64,000 nt of DNA from an uncultured Chloroflexia bacterium (GTDB lineage: Bacteria; Chloroflexota; Limnocylindria; Limnocylindrales; CSP1-4). The position numbers were made by a program, and so were the translations under genes. The notes beneath the pieces are model-generated. The model had not been told where the DNA came from, did no database searches, and worked only from the letters and a program-made list of their open reading frames with translations. This document shows, in pieces, positions 50,695-62,303 of the stretch (within the stretch, counting starts at the first letter, position 1; each line of letters starts with the position of its first letter). The stretch covers positions 32,001 to 96,000 of the forward strand of contig CAVYIM010000004.1 of assembly GCA_963768655.1 (NCBI GenBank). The letters are read 5' to 3'.

Positions 50695-51881
50695 GGTCCT
50701 GACTCCTGCGCCTTTCCACACCTTTACGCGGCATCGGCTGTGCTGCGATCAGGCGGCCCGCCATCGACAGTGCGTCGGCCGCGACCGAATCGCCGGCGCT
50801 ATCTTCCAACGCCCGTCCGAGCAGGTCTACGTCCCCAAGTCGGGGAGCCAGATACGTTCGTCGGACGCGCTCCCGGCCCTTGTCGTGGATGCTGACCTCC
50901 ACGGTGCGATCTCCGGCCGCAACGTCGCCCACCAGTTCGGCGCCGCGCAGCCGCGAGACGATCTCGACCCGCACGGTCGACCCTTGGCCCAGGTCCGAGC
51001 AGACCGGCCGCCACTCGGCGGCCACCGTGTGATCGCCCTGGCGCAGGGTGGCAACCCTGCGGCCGTCGGGGAGCCTCCGCACCGGCTCGACGACGCTCAT
51101 GCCCAGGCGAGACGCCAGCCAGGCCACGTGATAGACGGGCCGCACGACGTTGGTCAGCGCCGCCGGGTCGCCCTCCTCGGGTGCAGCGAACTCGACCGTG
51201 ATCGACCGAACGGCTCGCAGGTGCGGCCGAAGGTCGGGCAGGTCGTAGACGGAGGCCAGGGCCTCGCGCCAGCGGGCCTGGCGAAGCATTGCGAAGTCGG
51301 CGACGACCAGGCGCCGGGCCTGTGTCACGAGCGCCATCGCGCCAAGACGGTCCAGGCCATCGCCGGACCACGAGGAGCCGTCGACGATGAGTCGATCGGC
51401 GATGGGCAGCAGCCGATCGGCCCGATGTGAGCTGAACTGCGGGTCGCGCGGCCACCACAGCGCCACGGGCAGATCGTGGACGAGCAGGGGAATGATGATC
51501 GAGGCCAGGTGATGGCCCGTCTGGCCGTGCAGGGTCACGTAGATCGTCTCCGCCCAGGCCTGGTCGCACCCCGGTCGCGCTCGCCTCGGCGATCGTCCCG
51601 ATCGTGGCGTCGAGACCGGGCCGGCCCTCCTCGTCGAGCGCGGACAGGATCAGCGACCGCGAGGGATGCCGTCCGGCCGTGGCCTCGACGAGGGCGGCGC
51701 AGCGCTCTGCCGTCTCTCGCCGCCCCGCGACGACGACCAGGTTGAGCACGCTGGAACGAGCGGCGACGTGGTGCTCGCCCTCGCCGCGGTGCGTGGCCTT
51801 GCCCGCCCACGCCTGAGCCAGCGCGCGCTCGATCTCGGGCACGGAGTGCAGGACCTCGGGCGCCTTCAGATTCGGCGCCAT
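50687..51881 (-). CDS. opcA: G6PDH assembly protein OpcA, frameshift near 51570 (probable indel)
   Basis: RSSVLNLVV and HPSRSLI in one frame; LLVHDLPVALWW, DRLIVD, WREALASVYD and WLASRLG in the next. Confidence 0.88.
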
Positions 51882-53494
51882 CGGCGCTCGTCCCGGGCCA
51901 TCAGCTCGTCGGCCGCCTCCGGACCCCAGGTTCCGGCCGCGTAGTTGGGGAAGCGTGGCGCCGGCATGGCCGCCCAGCACTCGATGATCGGCGTTACTAC
52001 GGCCCAGGCCGCCTCGACTTCGTCGGCCCGCGTGAAGAGCGACGCGTCGCCGAGCAGGGCGTCGAGGATCAGGGTTTCGTACGCGTCGGGCGAGTCCACG
52101 GCGAAGGACGTCCCGTAGTCGAAGTCCATGTTGACCGTCCGGACGTCCAGACCCAGGCCCGGAACCTTGGCGGCGAAGCGGAGCATGATGCCCTCGTCTG
52201 GCTGGATCCTCATCGCCAGGACGTTGGGTGCCGGATCGCCGGTCGACTCGTGGAAAAGAGGCAGCGGCACTTCCTTGAACTGGATCGCGATCTCCGTCGC
52301 GCGCTCGGGCAGCCTCTTGCCGGCACGCAGGTAGAAGGGCACGCCGCTCCAGCGCCAGTCGTCGATCGTGAAGCGGCCGGCGACGTAGGTCTCCGTCTCC
52401 GATTCGGGGTCCACCTCCGGCTCTTCACGGTAGCCTAGTACGGCCGCGCCCCCGACCCAGCCGGAGCCGTACTGCCCGCGCACCACGTCGCGCCGGACGT
52501 GCTCGACGTTGGGCGTCGTGATCGCCCGCAAGACCGCCAGCTTCTGGTCGCGCAGGGCGTCGGCGTGGAACGAGGAGGGCGGCTCCATGGCCACGAGTGT
52601 CATCAGCTGCAGCAGATGGTTCTGGAGGATGTCACGGCTGGCGCCGGTCTCCTCGTAGAAGCTTCCTCGACCCTCAACGCCGAGCGACTCGGCCACGGTT
52701 ATCTGGACATGGTCCACGTAGCTGCGGTTCCAGACCGGCTCGAAGATGCCGTTGCCGAAGCGAAAGACCAGGAGGTTGCGGACGGTCTCCTTGCCCAGGT
52801 AGTGGTCGATGCGATAGACCTGCGACTCGCGCAGAACCTTGGCCACCTCGTGGTTGAGTCGGCGGGCCGATTCGTAGTCGCGGCCGAACGGCTTCTCCAC
52901 GACCACGCGACGCCAGCCCGAGCCGCGCAATTCGTGGTCGAGCCCGACGCGGCCCAGCTGGCGGATGATCTCCGTCACCTGAGACGGCTGCGTGGCCAGG
53001 TAGAACAGGCGGTTGCCGGCGGTGCCCCGTTCCGCGTCCAGGGCGTCGAGCCGGCCGCTCAGGCGGTCGAAGCCGGCGTCGTCGCCGAAATCGAGCTGCT
53101 GGTAGGTGATCCGCCGGGCCAGCTCGGTCCACGCCGCCTCGTCGAGAGGCTGCACGCGCGAATTCGCCTCCACCGAGGCACGAACCTCGGCCACGAACGC
53201 CTCGTCGGTGTACGGCCGGCGGGCCACTGCGACCAGGCTGAACTCGGCCGGCAGGAGGTTCGTCCGCCACAGCTGGTAGATCGCCGGCATCACCTTGCGA
53301 TGCGCGAGATCGCCTGTGGCGCCGAACAGGACGAAGCTGCACGGATCGGGGACCCGCTCCAGACGGAGCCCCTGCCGGAGCGGATTGAGATCCGCGTCCG
53401 AGCGGTGCCGGCGGCGCGCGGAGGAGGTTGCCTCTCGGAGCTGGCGGGCAGTTCTGGCCGGTGGCGGCGGAACGGGGCCGTGAGTCGTGCTCAT
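51866..53494 (-). CDS. zwf: Glucose-6-phosphate 1-dehydrogenase
   Basis: FGATGDLA, VVEKPFG, RIDHYLGKETV, RDILQNHLLQ, WRWSGVPFYLRAGK. Confidence 0.98.
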   Translation of the reverse strand: MSTTHGPVPPPPARTARQLREATSSARRRHRSDADLNPLRQGLRLERVPDPCSFVLFGATGDLAHRKVMPAIYQLWRTNLLPAEFSLVAVARRPYTDEAFVAEVRASVEANSRVQPLDEAAWTELARRITYQQLDFGDDAGFDRLSGRLDALDAERGTAGNRLFYLATQPSQVTEIIRQLGRVGLDHELRGSGWRRVVVEKPFGRDYESARRLNHEVAKVLRESQVYRIDHYLGKETVRNLLVFRFGNGIFEPVWNRSYVDHVQITVAESLGVEGRGSFYEETGASRDILQNHLLQLMTLVAMEPPSSFHADALRDQKLAVLRAITTPNVEHVRRDVVRGQYGSGWVGGAAVLGYREEPEVDPESETETYVAGRFTIDDWRWSGVPFYLRAGKRLPERATEIAIQFKEVPLPLFHESTGDPAPNVLAMRIQPDEGIMLRFAAKVPGLGLDVRTVNMDFDYGTSFAVDSPDAYETLILDALLGDASLFTRADEVEAAWAVVTPIIECWAAMPAPRFPNYAAGTWGPEAADELMARDERRWRRI

Positions 53495-53549
53495 CTGTCG
53501 ACGCAATGGCGGCTGGCGGGGCAGCCCGGGCGCGGCCGCGGTCCGGCTG

Positions 53550-54446
53550 TCACTCCGTCTTCACCGCGTGGCCGCCGAACTCGTTCCGCAGGGCCGCGAG
53601 AACCTTGGCCTGGTAGCTGTCGTCCTGCCTCGAGCGGAAACGGTTGAGCAGCGAGAGCGTGATGACCGGCGCCGGAACGTCCTTGTCGATCGCCTCCTGC
53701 ACCGTCCAACGACCCTCGCCGGAGTCGGCGACCCAGCCCTTCAGATGTGTCAGGTCCTGGTCCTGCGAGAAGGCGGAGGCCGCCAGTTCGAGCAGCCACG
53801 AGCGAACGACCGATCCGTGATTCCACAGGTCAGCGATGGCTGCGAGATCGAGCTTGAAGTCCGACGCGTGGAGGATCTCGAAGCCTTCGGCATAGGACTG
53901 CATCATTCCGTACTCGATGCCGTTGTGGACCATCTTGACGTAGTGCCCGGCGCCGGGTCCGCCGGCGTGGAGGTACCCGTCCGTGGGTGCGAGCGAGCGG
54001 AAGATCGGCTCCAGTCGCTTCACCGGCTCGGGCTCGCCGCCGACCATCAGGCAATAGCCGATCTTGAGGCCCCAGATCCCGCCGGAGACGCCGGCATCGA
54101 CGAAGTTGACGCCGTGCGCGGCCACCTTGGCGTGGCGCCGCACCGAGTCGTGGAAGTTGGAGTTGCCGCCGTCCACGATCGTGTCGCCGGGCTCGAGCAG
54201 CGTGAGCAGCTCGTCGATCATTGCCTCCGTCGCGTCGCCGGCCGGGACCATGACCCACACTGCGCGGGGCTTTCCCAGCTTGCCGACCAGCTCGGCGAGC
54301 GAGAACGCGCCGTCGGAGCCCTCGGTCATGATCTCGCGGGTCTTCTCCGCGGTCCGGTTGTACGCGACCACGTGGTGCTTGTCGATGAGGAGGCGCCGGA
54401 CCATGTTGGCGCCCATGCGGCCGAGTCCGATGAAACCGAGGTCCAT
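53550..54446 (-). CDS. gnd: 6-phosphogluconate dehydrogenase, short decarboxylating type
   Basis: IGLGRMG, DGGNS, VSGG, GHYVKMVHNGIEYGMM, DSGEGRWT, RNEFGGH. Confidence 0.97.
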   Translation of the reverse strand: MDLGFIGLGRMGANMVRRLLIDKHHVVAYNRTAEKTREIMTEGSDGAFSLAELVGKLGKPRAVWVMVPAGDATEAMIDELLTLLEPGDTIVDGGNSNFHDSVRRHAKVAAHGVNFVDAGVSGGIWGLKIGYCLMVGGEPEPVKRLEPIFRSLAPTDGYLHAGGPGAGHYVKMVHNGIEYGMMQSYAEGFEILHASDFKLDLAAIADLWNHGSVVRSWLLELAASAFSQDQDLTHLKGWVADSGEGRWTVQEAIDKDVPAPVITLSLLNRFRSRQDDSYQAKVLAALRNEFGGHAVKTE

Positions 54447-54450
54447 GGCG

Positions 54451-56199
54451 TCATGCCTCCTTGAGCGCCGCGGCCAGGGCTCGCTCGAGGGCGGTCAGGC
54501 CGGCGTCGGGGTTCTGTCCGAGGTTGATTCGAAGAACCGGCAGCTTGTGGTCTTCCAGCGTTCGCGCGTCGCCGAGCGCCTGTGCGTCGATCAGCTGGCC
54601 GAAGGTGTGGGCCTTGCCCGGAATCTCGCGATCGTCGGGGTGCTCGGCCACGAGCTGCAGGAACCAGCCGATCGGGGCGCCGCCCTTGTGCAGCTGGCCC
54701 GTCGAGTGGAGGAAACGCGGCCCGTAGCCGACGGTCGTGGCCCTATGTGTGGCATCCCGGATCAGAACGCGGAGCCGCGCCAGGGCGGCGTCGCGTTCGG
54801 GTGTCTGGGCGATGTAGGCCTGGATCGAGGCGTAGCCGTCTGGCAGAAGGCTGGCCAGGGCGGCCTTGAGCGCGGCCGTCAGGTCGGCCTCGTCGCCCAC
54901 TCCTCGAGCATCGCCGCCCGCCGCGGGGCCGCCGCCGTTCTCGAAGGACGCGATGACGGCGCGGGTGTTTGCCTTGGCCTCCTCGACGTTGGGCTGGTCG
55001 AACGGGTCGATCCCGAGGACTATGCCGGACAGCGCGGTGGCGATCTCCCAGCGCACGAACTCGGCGCCGATGTCGATCTTCGAACCGACGGGAATCCGGA
55101 TGACCGGGTGGCCGGCGGCGGCCAGCTCCGCCAGGCGGGCGTCGACATTCGAACCGATCGACGGGTCCGGACCGGCCGAACCGGCCAGCGTGATCCGAAC
55201 GAAGACACGGTCGTTGCCGTAGGCCGCTGCCGGGCCGAGCGGCTCGCCGTCGACCGGAACGACGCCGACGCCGTGCTTACCGGTGCTCTCGGCGATCAGC
55301 TGCTCGACCCACGGCCCGAAGGCGGCGAGCTCCCGGTCGATGACGAAGGTCAACTTGTCGCGCCCGCTCTTCGCCAGAACGCCCATCGCCAGGCCCAGGG
55401 CCAGGCCGGGGTTGCCGGCGGGGTCCGAGTGGCCGCACGCCACGACCATCTCGCGCGCTCGGCGCAGCAGCTCGTCCAGATCGAGGCCGAGCAGCGCCCC
55501 GGGAACGAGACCGACGTAGGTCAGGGCCGAATAGCGCCCGCCGACGTCCGGCGGGTTGAGGAACAGCTCCCGCAGCTGATCGTGGTGGGGGATCGACTGG
55601 ACGCTCTTCTGCGGGTCGCTGATCGCGACCATGAAGTCGCCCGGCTGCGTCGGCCGGCCCACGCCGGCCGCTTCGAGCGCGGCGGCTATCCGCTCCCACT
55701 GGTATGCCTGAAATGAGAGCGACTCGGCCGTGGTGCCGGACTTGGTAGAGACGATGAACAGGGTGCGCGTCGGGTCCAGGTCGTCCAGCGCCGCGGCCAC
55801 GGCCGCGGGGTCGGTGGAATCCAGGACTCGAACTGGCGTGGCGCCTTCCGCGGGCCCGAACACGTGGGCCAGGAGCGCGGGCGCGAGGCTGCTCCCTCCC
55901 ATCCCGCCGAGGACGGCGGTGGTGACTGCCTGGTCGCGAATGGCCTGCGCGAATGCCATCAGCTCGCTCGTCTCGTCGGCGAAGTGGAACGGCGCCTCGA
56001 GCCAGCCCAGGCGCTGGGCGATCGCGCGCTGGACGATCTCGTCCGCCGACCAGACGGTGGGGTCGCGCCGGCCGACGGCTCGATCGGCCCAGTTCTCGCG
56101 TACCGCTCTGGCGCGAGCTTCGGCCAGGGCTGAGTCCAGCCTGGCATCGCCAGGCGTCAGATCCAGGGCGAGCGATCCCTGGGCCTTCGGTTCGGTCAT
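54451..56199 (-). CDS. pgi: Glucose-6-phosphate isomerase (Tal-Pgi C-terminal type, stand-alone)
   Basis: RLGWL, GMGGSSL, STKSGTTAE, VGGRYSAL, EQLIAESTGK, PFDQPNVEEAK, YGPRFLHSTGQLHKGG. Confidence 0.93.
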   Translation of the reverse strand: MTEPKAQGSLALDLTPGDARLDSALAEARARAVRENWADRAVGRRDPTVWSADEIVQRAIAQRLGWLEAPFHFADETSELMAFAQAIRDQAVTTAVLGGMGGSSLAPALLAHVFGPAEGATPVRVLDSTDPAAVAAALDDLDPTRTLFIVSTKSGTTAESLSFQAYQWERIAAALEAAGVGRPTQPGDFMVAISDPQKSVQSIPHHDQLRELFLNPPDVGGRYSALTYVGLVPGALLGLDLDELLRRAREMVVACGHSDPAGNPGLALGLAMGVLAKSGRDKLTFVIDRELAAFGPWVEQLIAESTGKHGVGVVPVDGEPLGPAAAYGNDRVFVRITLAGSAGPDPSIGSNVDARLAELAAAGHPVIRIPVGSKIDIGAEFVRWEIATALSGIVLGIDPFDQPNVEEAKANTRAVIASFENGGGPAAGGDARGVGDEADLTAALKAALASLLPDGYASIQAYIAQTPERDAALARLRVLIRDATHRATTVGYGPRFLHSTGQLHKGGAPIGWFLQLVAEHPDDREIPGKAHTFGQLIDAQALGDARTLEDHKLPVLRINLGQNPDAGLTALERALAAALKEA

Positions 56200-56277
56200 T
56201 GCGAAAGCCTCATGACTGGTCGTGGGTTGAACTCAACGGCGAGCGGCGACGGCGACGCCGGCTCGATCGCCGTGCCT

Positions 56278-56757
56278 TCATTTGGTTCGATCGGCCGCCT
56301 CCATGAGAGCGGCCTCCTGTTCGATGGCCCGGATCTTGCCGACCCTGCGCACGTGGCGCGGCGCGCCGCTGAACGTGGCCGCCAGGAAGGCCGTGGCACA
56401 GGAAACGGCCGTCTCCACGCCGATGACCCGGGCCCCGAGCGCGAGCACGTTCATGTCGTCGTGCTCGACGCCCTGACCGGCCGAGTAGTAGTCGTGGCAC
56501 AGCCCGGCCCGAATGCCCGGCATCTTGGATGCGGCGATCGAGGCTCCGACTCCGCTGCCGCAGACCAGGATGCCACGGTCGGCTCGGCCGGCCAGGATCG
56601 CCCCGGCGAGGGCCCGGCTGTAGTCCGGATAGTCGTCGTCGGGGTTGCTGCCGTCGCCGCCCAGGTCGATGAGCGTGTGGCCCAGCGGTGCCAGGCGCGT
56701 CAGGAGCTCGGCCTTGAGCTCGGCCCCGGCGTGGTCGGCTGCGAGTGCGATGCGCAT
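56278..56757 (-). CDS. rpiB: Ribose-5-phosphate isomerase B
   Basis: AADHAG, DDYPD, VCGSGVGASIAA.K, EHDDMNVL, RHVRR. Confidence 0.95.
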   Translation of the reverse strand: MRIALAADHAGAELKAELLTRLAPLGHTLIDLGGDGSNPDDDYPDYSRALAGAILAGRADRGILVCGSGVGASIAASKMPGIRAGLCHDYYSAGQGVEHDDMNVLALGARVIGVETAVSCATAFLAATFSGAPRHVRRVGKIRAIEQEAALMEAADRTK

Positions 56758-56767
56758 CGGTCTCCTC

Positions 56768-58831
<2,064 letters not shown>

Positions 58832-58846
58832 TCGATCTCCGCTCCC

Positions 58847-58874
58847 GATCTCTGGTGCCTGATCTCTGGTGCCT
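58847..58874. repeat. Exact 14-bp tandem duplication upstream of tkt
   Basis: gatctctggtgcct twice. Confidence 0.85.
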
Positions 58875-59317
58875 GCCGACCCGGGCCGGCGAAGGTGTCG
58901 CGTGCCGCGCGATGCGGCTCGCCACGACCGGAGTGGCTCGCCGAAGCCATCGATTCCGGCAGCGGGAGCGACGCCGGCAGCGAATCCGGTCCGGTGCCTC
59001 GAGATGGACGCAACAGGGTCGATCCGCTGCGAATCGGCCGCTCCGGGCCCATTGACGATGCCATTCTACCGGCCCGGGCCTCGATGACCACGTGCGGGAG
59101 TTGCCCGTCACCGGAGGGTGAGCCTCCCGCCGCCGGCTTCGCGGGCGCCGCCGGCGTGGCAGGTGAGGCTGACTGCGAGCCGAACCTTGTTGCTCCTGCT
59201 GGCGAGGCTGGTACACTCGGCCCACCGGCAGTGCCGCGACGGGGAAGGTCGGGCATTGCCGCCCGTTGGACGCTCCAGGCGGTCTCGAATCGCGGTCCCG
59301 TAAGCGCGAGGAAGCAG

Positions 59318-59842
59318 ATGCGAATCTACGATGGCAGTCCTCGCCAGAACTACGAGGAAGTGCTGCGCTCGATCGGGGCATTCCTCGACCAGCGAGGGAT
59401 GAAAGAGGTCCTCCTCGTGGAGGCGCCGGACGGTTTCGTGGTCCAGGGCATGGTGGTGGAGACGTCCACAAGCGGCCAGTGGTCCGAGCATCTGGGCCAG
59501 CAGGCCAAGGAGACCTTCACCTTCCTCGATGACGACATCGCTCAATTCATGGAAGAGGGCCACGCCAGGCGGGACAACCAGCAGCGCGCGGTCACCTGGG
59601 GGCAAGCCGGCTACTATGAGCAGGCGTTCCGCGTGGTCGGCCGATATGTCGACGAGCAGAAGCCGCGCGACATCTTCTTCTTCGAGCAGGACGGCGCCTT
59701 CGTGCTTCGACTGCTGATGTGGACGCAGACCGGCAGCCGGCACGTGATCGCGGAGTTCACGCGCGAAGAGGTCGAGGCTCTGATCGCGACGGCCCCGGAA
59801 TTCAGAGGTGAGAAAGTGGCCAAGCCCCAGTCCGGGGCTTGA
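59318..59842 (+). CDS. Hypothetical protein with internal domain duplication
   Basis: GAGG RBS; strong coding bias; halves YEEVLRSIGAFLD and YEQAFRVVGRYVD. Confidence 0.85.
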   Translation: MRIYDGSPRQNYEEVLRSIGAFLDQRGMKEVLLVEAPDGFVVQGMVVETSTSGQWSEHLGQQAKETFTFLDDDIAQFMEEGHARRDNQQRAVTWGQAGYYEQAFRVVGRYVDEQKPRDIFFFEQDGAFVLRLLMWTQTGSRHVIAEFTREEVEALIATAPEFRGEKVAKPQSGA

Positions 59843-59886
59843 GCAAGCGGAGCGGTAGATACGAAGCGGCTATGTGAGGTAGGCCC

Positions 59887-60042
59887 ATGAAGATCCTGAA
59901 GATGCTGATGGTGCTCGTGCTTGTCACGCTCGCCGCGCTCGTGGTCATCCCGCTCATCGTCCTGGCAGGCCTGTTCGTCTGGCTCAAGCTCACTGAAGAA
60001 GGCGACGAGGAGTCGCTCGAGCTGGATCAGGAGAACGGCTGA
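59887..60042 (+). CDS. Small 51-aa membrane protein with acidic tail (below the ORF-track cutoff)
   Basis: MKILKMLMVLVLVTLAALVVIPLIVLAGLFVWLKLTEEGDEESLELDQENG; GAGGT upstream. Confidence 0.7.
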   Translation: MKILKMLMVLVLVTLAALVVIPLIVLAGLFVWLKLTEEGDEESLELDQENG

Positions 60043-60147
60043 CATCCGCTACCTGCGATCAGCGCCGGTCGCCCGGGCCCCAAGCCCGGGCGATTGCGTA
60101 TTCACCCCTCGAGTGCGGCGGCTCGCCTCGGTTCGGCGCCGGACCCA

Positions 60148-61125
60148 ATGATCCGCCCGGGAGCGAGCACGTCCGCGATTGACGTCCCCGGTGTGAAAGG
60201 GGTCGGGCGGGCCGGCGGTGCCGTGCCCAGCGCGACGGTCCGCTTCGGCGCCGAGGCGGCGACGCTGCTGGTGATGCTGTCCTGGGCCGCCAACGTGGTA
60301 GCGGTCAAGGCTGCCATCGCCGACGTGCCGCCGCTCGTGTTCGCCTTCGTCCGCTTCACGGTCGCGTTCCTGGTGTTGCTGGCATTCCTGCGGTGGCGCG
60401 AGGGCAGCGTCTCGCTGCCGCGCCGCGACGTGCTCCCGATCGCTCTACTGGGTCTGGCCGGGTTCGGCCTGTATCAGGATCTGTGGGCCTCGGCGCTGGG
60501 TCAAACCACCGCCGCCAACTCGGCCCTGCTGACGGCCGCGACACCGGTCTCGACTATCCTGATCGCCGCTGCCGTCGGGTCGGACACACTCTCCCCGGCG
60601 AAGGCGATCGGCGCCGCCATCTCCTTTTGCGGGGCGGTGAGCGTCGTCGCGGCCACCCACGGCTTCGGGCTCACGGGAGCCTCCGCCGGGGACCTGATGA
60701 CGCTGGCGGCCACGGTCCTGTGGGCCTGCTACGTTGCCTTCGGAGCGTCGGTGCTGCGGCGCCACTCCCCGCTACGGACGGCGACATGGGCGATCGGCTT
60801 CGGCTGCCTCGGCATGCTGCCGCTGGCTCTGATCGAGCTCCCGCAACTCGTCCCGGCACACGTCGGCCCCGGTACCCTGGGCCTGCTCGCCTTCTGCGCA
60901 TTGCTCCCCGCGGCGGCTTCCAACGTGGTCGTCTTCGCCGCCATCAAGGTTTTCGGGCCGGCGCGAGTGATGCTCTTCCAATTCCTGGTCCCTGCCTTTG
61001 CCGTAGTCATGGCGGCTTTCTTCCTGGGCGAGGCGATCGTCGTGGGGCAGGTGCTGGGCGGCCTGGTAATCGTGCTCGGCATCCTGGTCGCCCGCTCGGG
61101 CCGCCTCGCCCGCGCGGTCGGCTAG
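60148..61125 (+). CDS. DMT/EamA family transporter
   Basis: About 10 TM in two EamA repeats; TTAANSALL, GDLMTL, FLGE. Start uncertain. Confidence 0.9.
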   Translation: MIRPGASTSAIDVPGVKGVGRAGGAVPSATVRFGAEAATLLVMLSWAANVVAVKAAIADVPPLVFAFVRFTVAFLVLLAFLRWREGSVSLPRRDVLPIALLGLAGFGLYQDLWASALGQTTAANSALLTAATPVSTILIAAAVGSDTLSPAKAIGAAISFCGAVSVVAATHGFGLTGASAGDLMTLAATVLWACYVAFGASVLRRHSPLRTATWAIGFGCLGMLPLALIELPQLVPAHVGPGTLGLLAFCALLPAAASNVVVFAAIKVFGPARVMLFQFLVPAFAVVMAAFFLGEAIVVGQVLGGLVIVLGILVARSGRLARAVG

Positions 61126-61134
61126 CGTTCGGCC

Positions 61135-61998
61135 ATGCAACCCGATGAGCTCGGACCAGCGCATGGCAACGCGAGCCCAGTGCCGGGCCGCGTCGCGGGT
61201 CCGGCTCGAGTCCCGCCGCTTAGCGCAGGCCAACCGCCGCTGGCGATCCTGGTCGACTACGACGGCACGATCGCCCTGACCGATGTCGCCGACGCCATCC
61301 TCTACCGGTTCCTGGGCGAGCGGCTGGAGCATGACAACGCGGCGTATTCGAGCGGCGAGGTCGGCTCGCGAACGCTCTTCATCAGCCAGATGGAGTCGCT
61401 GCCCGGTGACCCGGGGCCGCTGATGGCGGTGGCCGACGCTCAGCCGCTTGATCCGACGTTCGGGCCCTTCGTGAGACGGGCACTGGAGCTCCAGATCCCG
61501 GTCGAGGTCGTGAGCGACGGCCTCGGCTTCTACATCGAACCGGCCCTGCGGCGGCTCGGCGTGCCTTCGATTCCGGTCATCAGCAACGAAACCACGTTCG
61601 ACGGCACGCGCGCGACGATGACGTTCCCCTACGGCCATCCTGATTGCCTGGTCTGCGGAACGTGCAAGCGCCAGCCCGTGCTGGCGCACCAGGCCGCCGG
61701 CCGCAGCGTGGTCTTCATCGGCGACGGCGACACCGACCGATACGCGGCCGCCTACGCCGACGTCGTCTTCGCCAAGGGCCGCCTTGGGCAGTTCTGCCGC
61801 GCGCAGGGTTGGCCGTTCACCGCGTGGTATGACTTCGGGGCGGTGGCGACGTGGCTCGATGCCGTCGTCGCCGCCTGGCGGTCGAACCCGGCGAGCCTGC
61901 CACGGGCCGCCGCCCGGCCCTTCTTCTGCGGGCCGGAGGTCTGGGGCCCCGGCCGGACCGACCCGCCCCGCGGCGGCGGCGCCGCCGAGCCCGCCTGA
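61135..61998 (+). CDS. HAD-IB family phosphatase (MtnX-like)
   Basis: VDYDGTI...DV, VVSDG, CGTCK, FIGDGDTD, VFAK. Confidence 0.9.
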   Translation: MQPDELGPAHGNASPVPGRVAGPARVPPLSAGQPPLAILVDYDGTIALTDVADAILYRFLGERLEHDNAAYSSGEVGSRTLFISQMESLPGDPGPLMAVADAQPLDPTFGPFVRRALELQIPVEVVSDGLGFYIEPALRRLGVPSIPVISNETTFDGTRATMTFPYGHPDCLVCGTCKRQPVLAHQAAGRSVVFIGDGDTDRYAAAYADVVFAKGRLGQFCRAQGWPFTAWYDFGAVATWLDAVVAAWRSNPASLPRAAARPFFCGPEVWGPGRTDPPRGGGAAEPA

Positions 61999-62171
61999 TC
62001 GGCCGTCGCGTTCGCGCCGAGGGCCGCGCCTGCGCCACGGCCCCAGCTGCGCCGGAATCGCGCCTCTCGACCGGGCCGGGTGCGCGCGACCCCCGTCCGT
62101 CCACCTCGGATGTGCCGCGCAACGGAGCAGCTCGCGACCGGGCGCGCGGCGCGGCACCTGCCGCACCTGTC

Positions 62172-62200
62172 TTGACAGGCGGAGGGGGTCGTCATAGCAT
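62172..62200 (+). promoter_or_regulatory. Sigma70-type promoter of ino1
   Basis: TTGACA-N17-TAGCAT. Confidence 0.8.
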
Positions 62201-62228
62201 CAACAAGCCTTTATATAAAGGCGTGTTG
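62201..62228. promoter_or_regulatory. Palindromic operator candidate over the ino1 start site
   Basis: caaca-a-GCCTTTATATAAAGGC-g-tgttg, perfect 16-bp core. Confidence 0.7.
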
Positions 62229-62303
62229 TTCTGAGACTGTCAAACCCGTCCAGCGCCTCGCGCGCGTCCGAACGCAGCTTCGCACAGAGGAGCACATAGC
62301 ACA

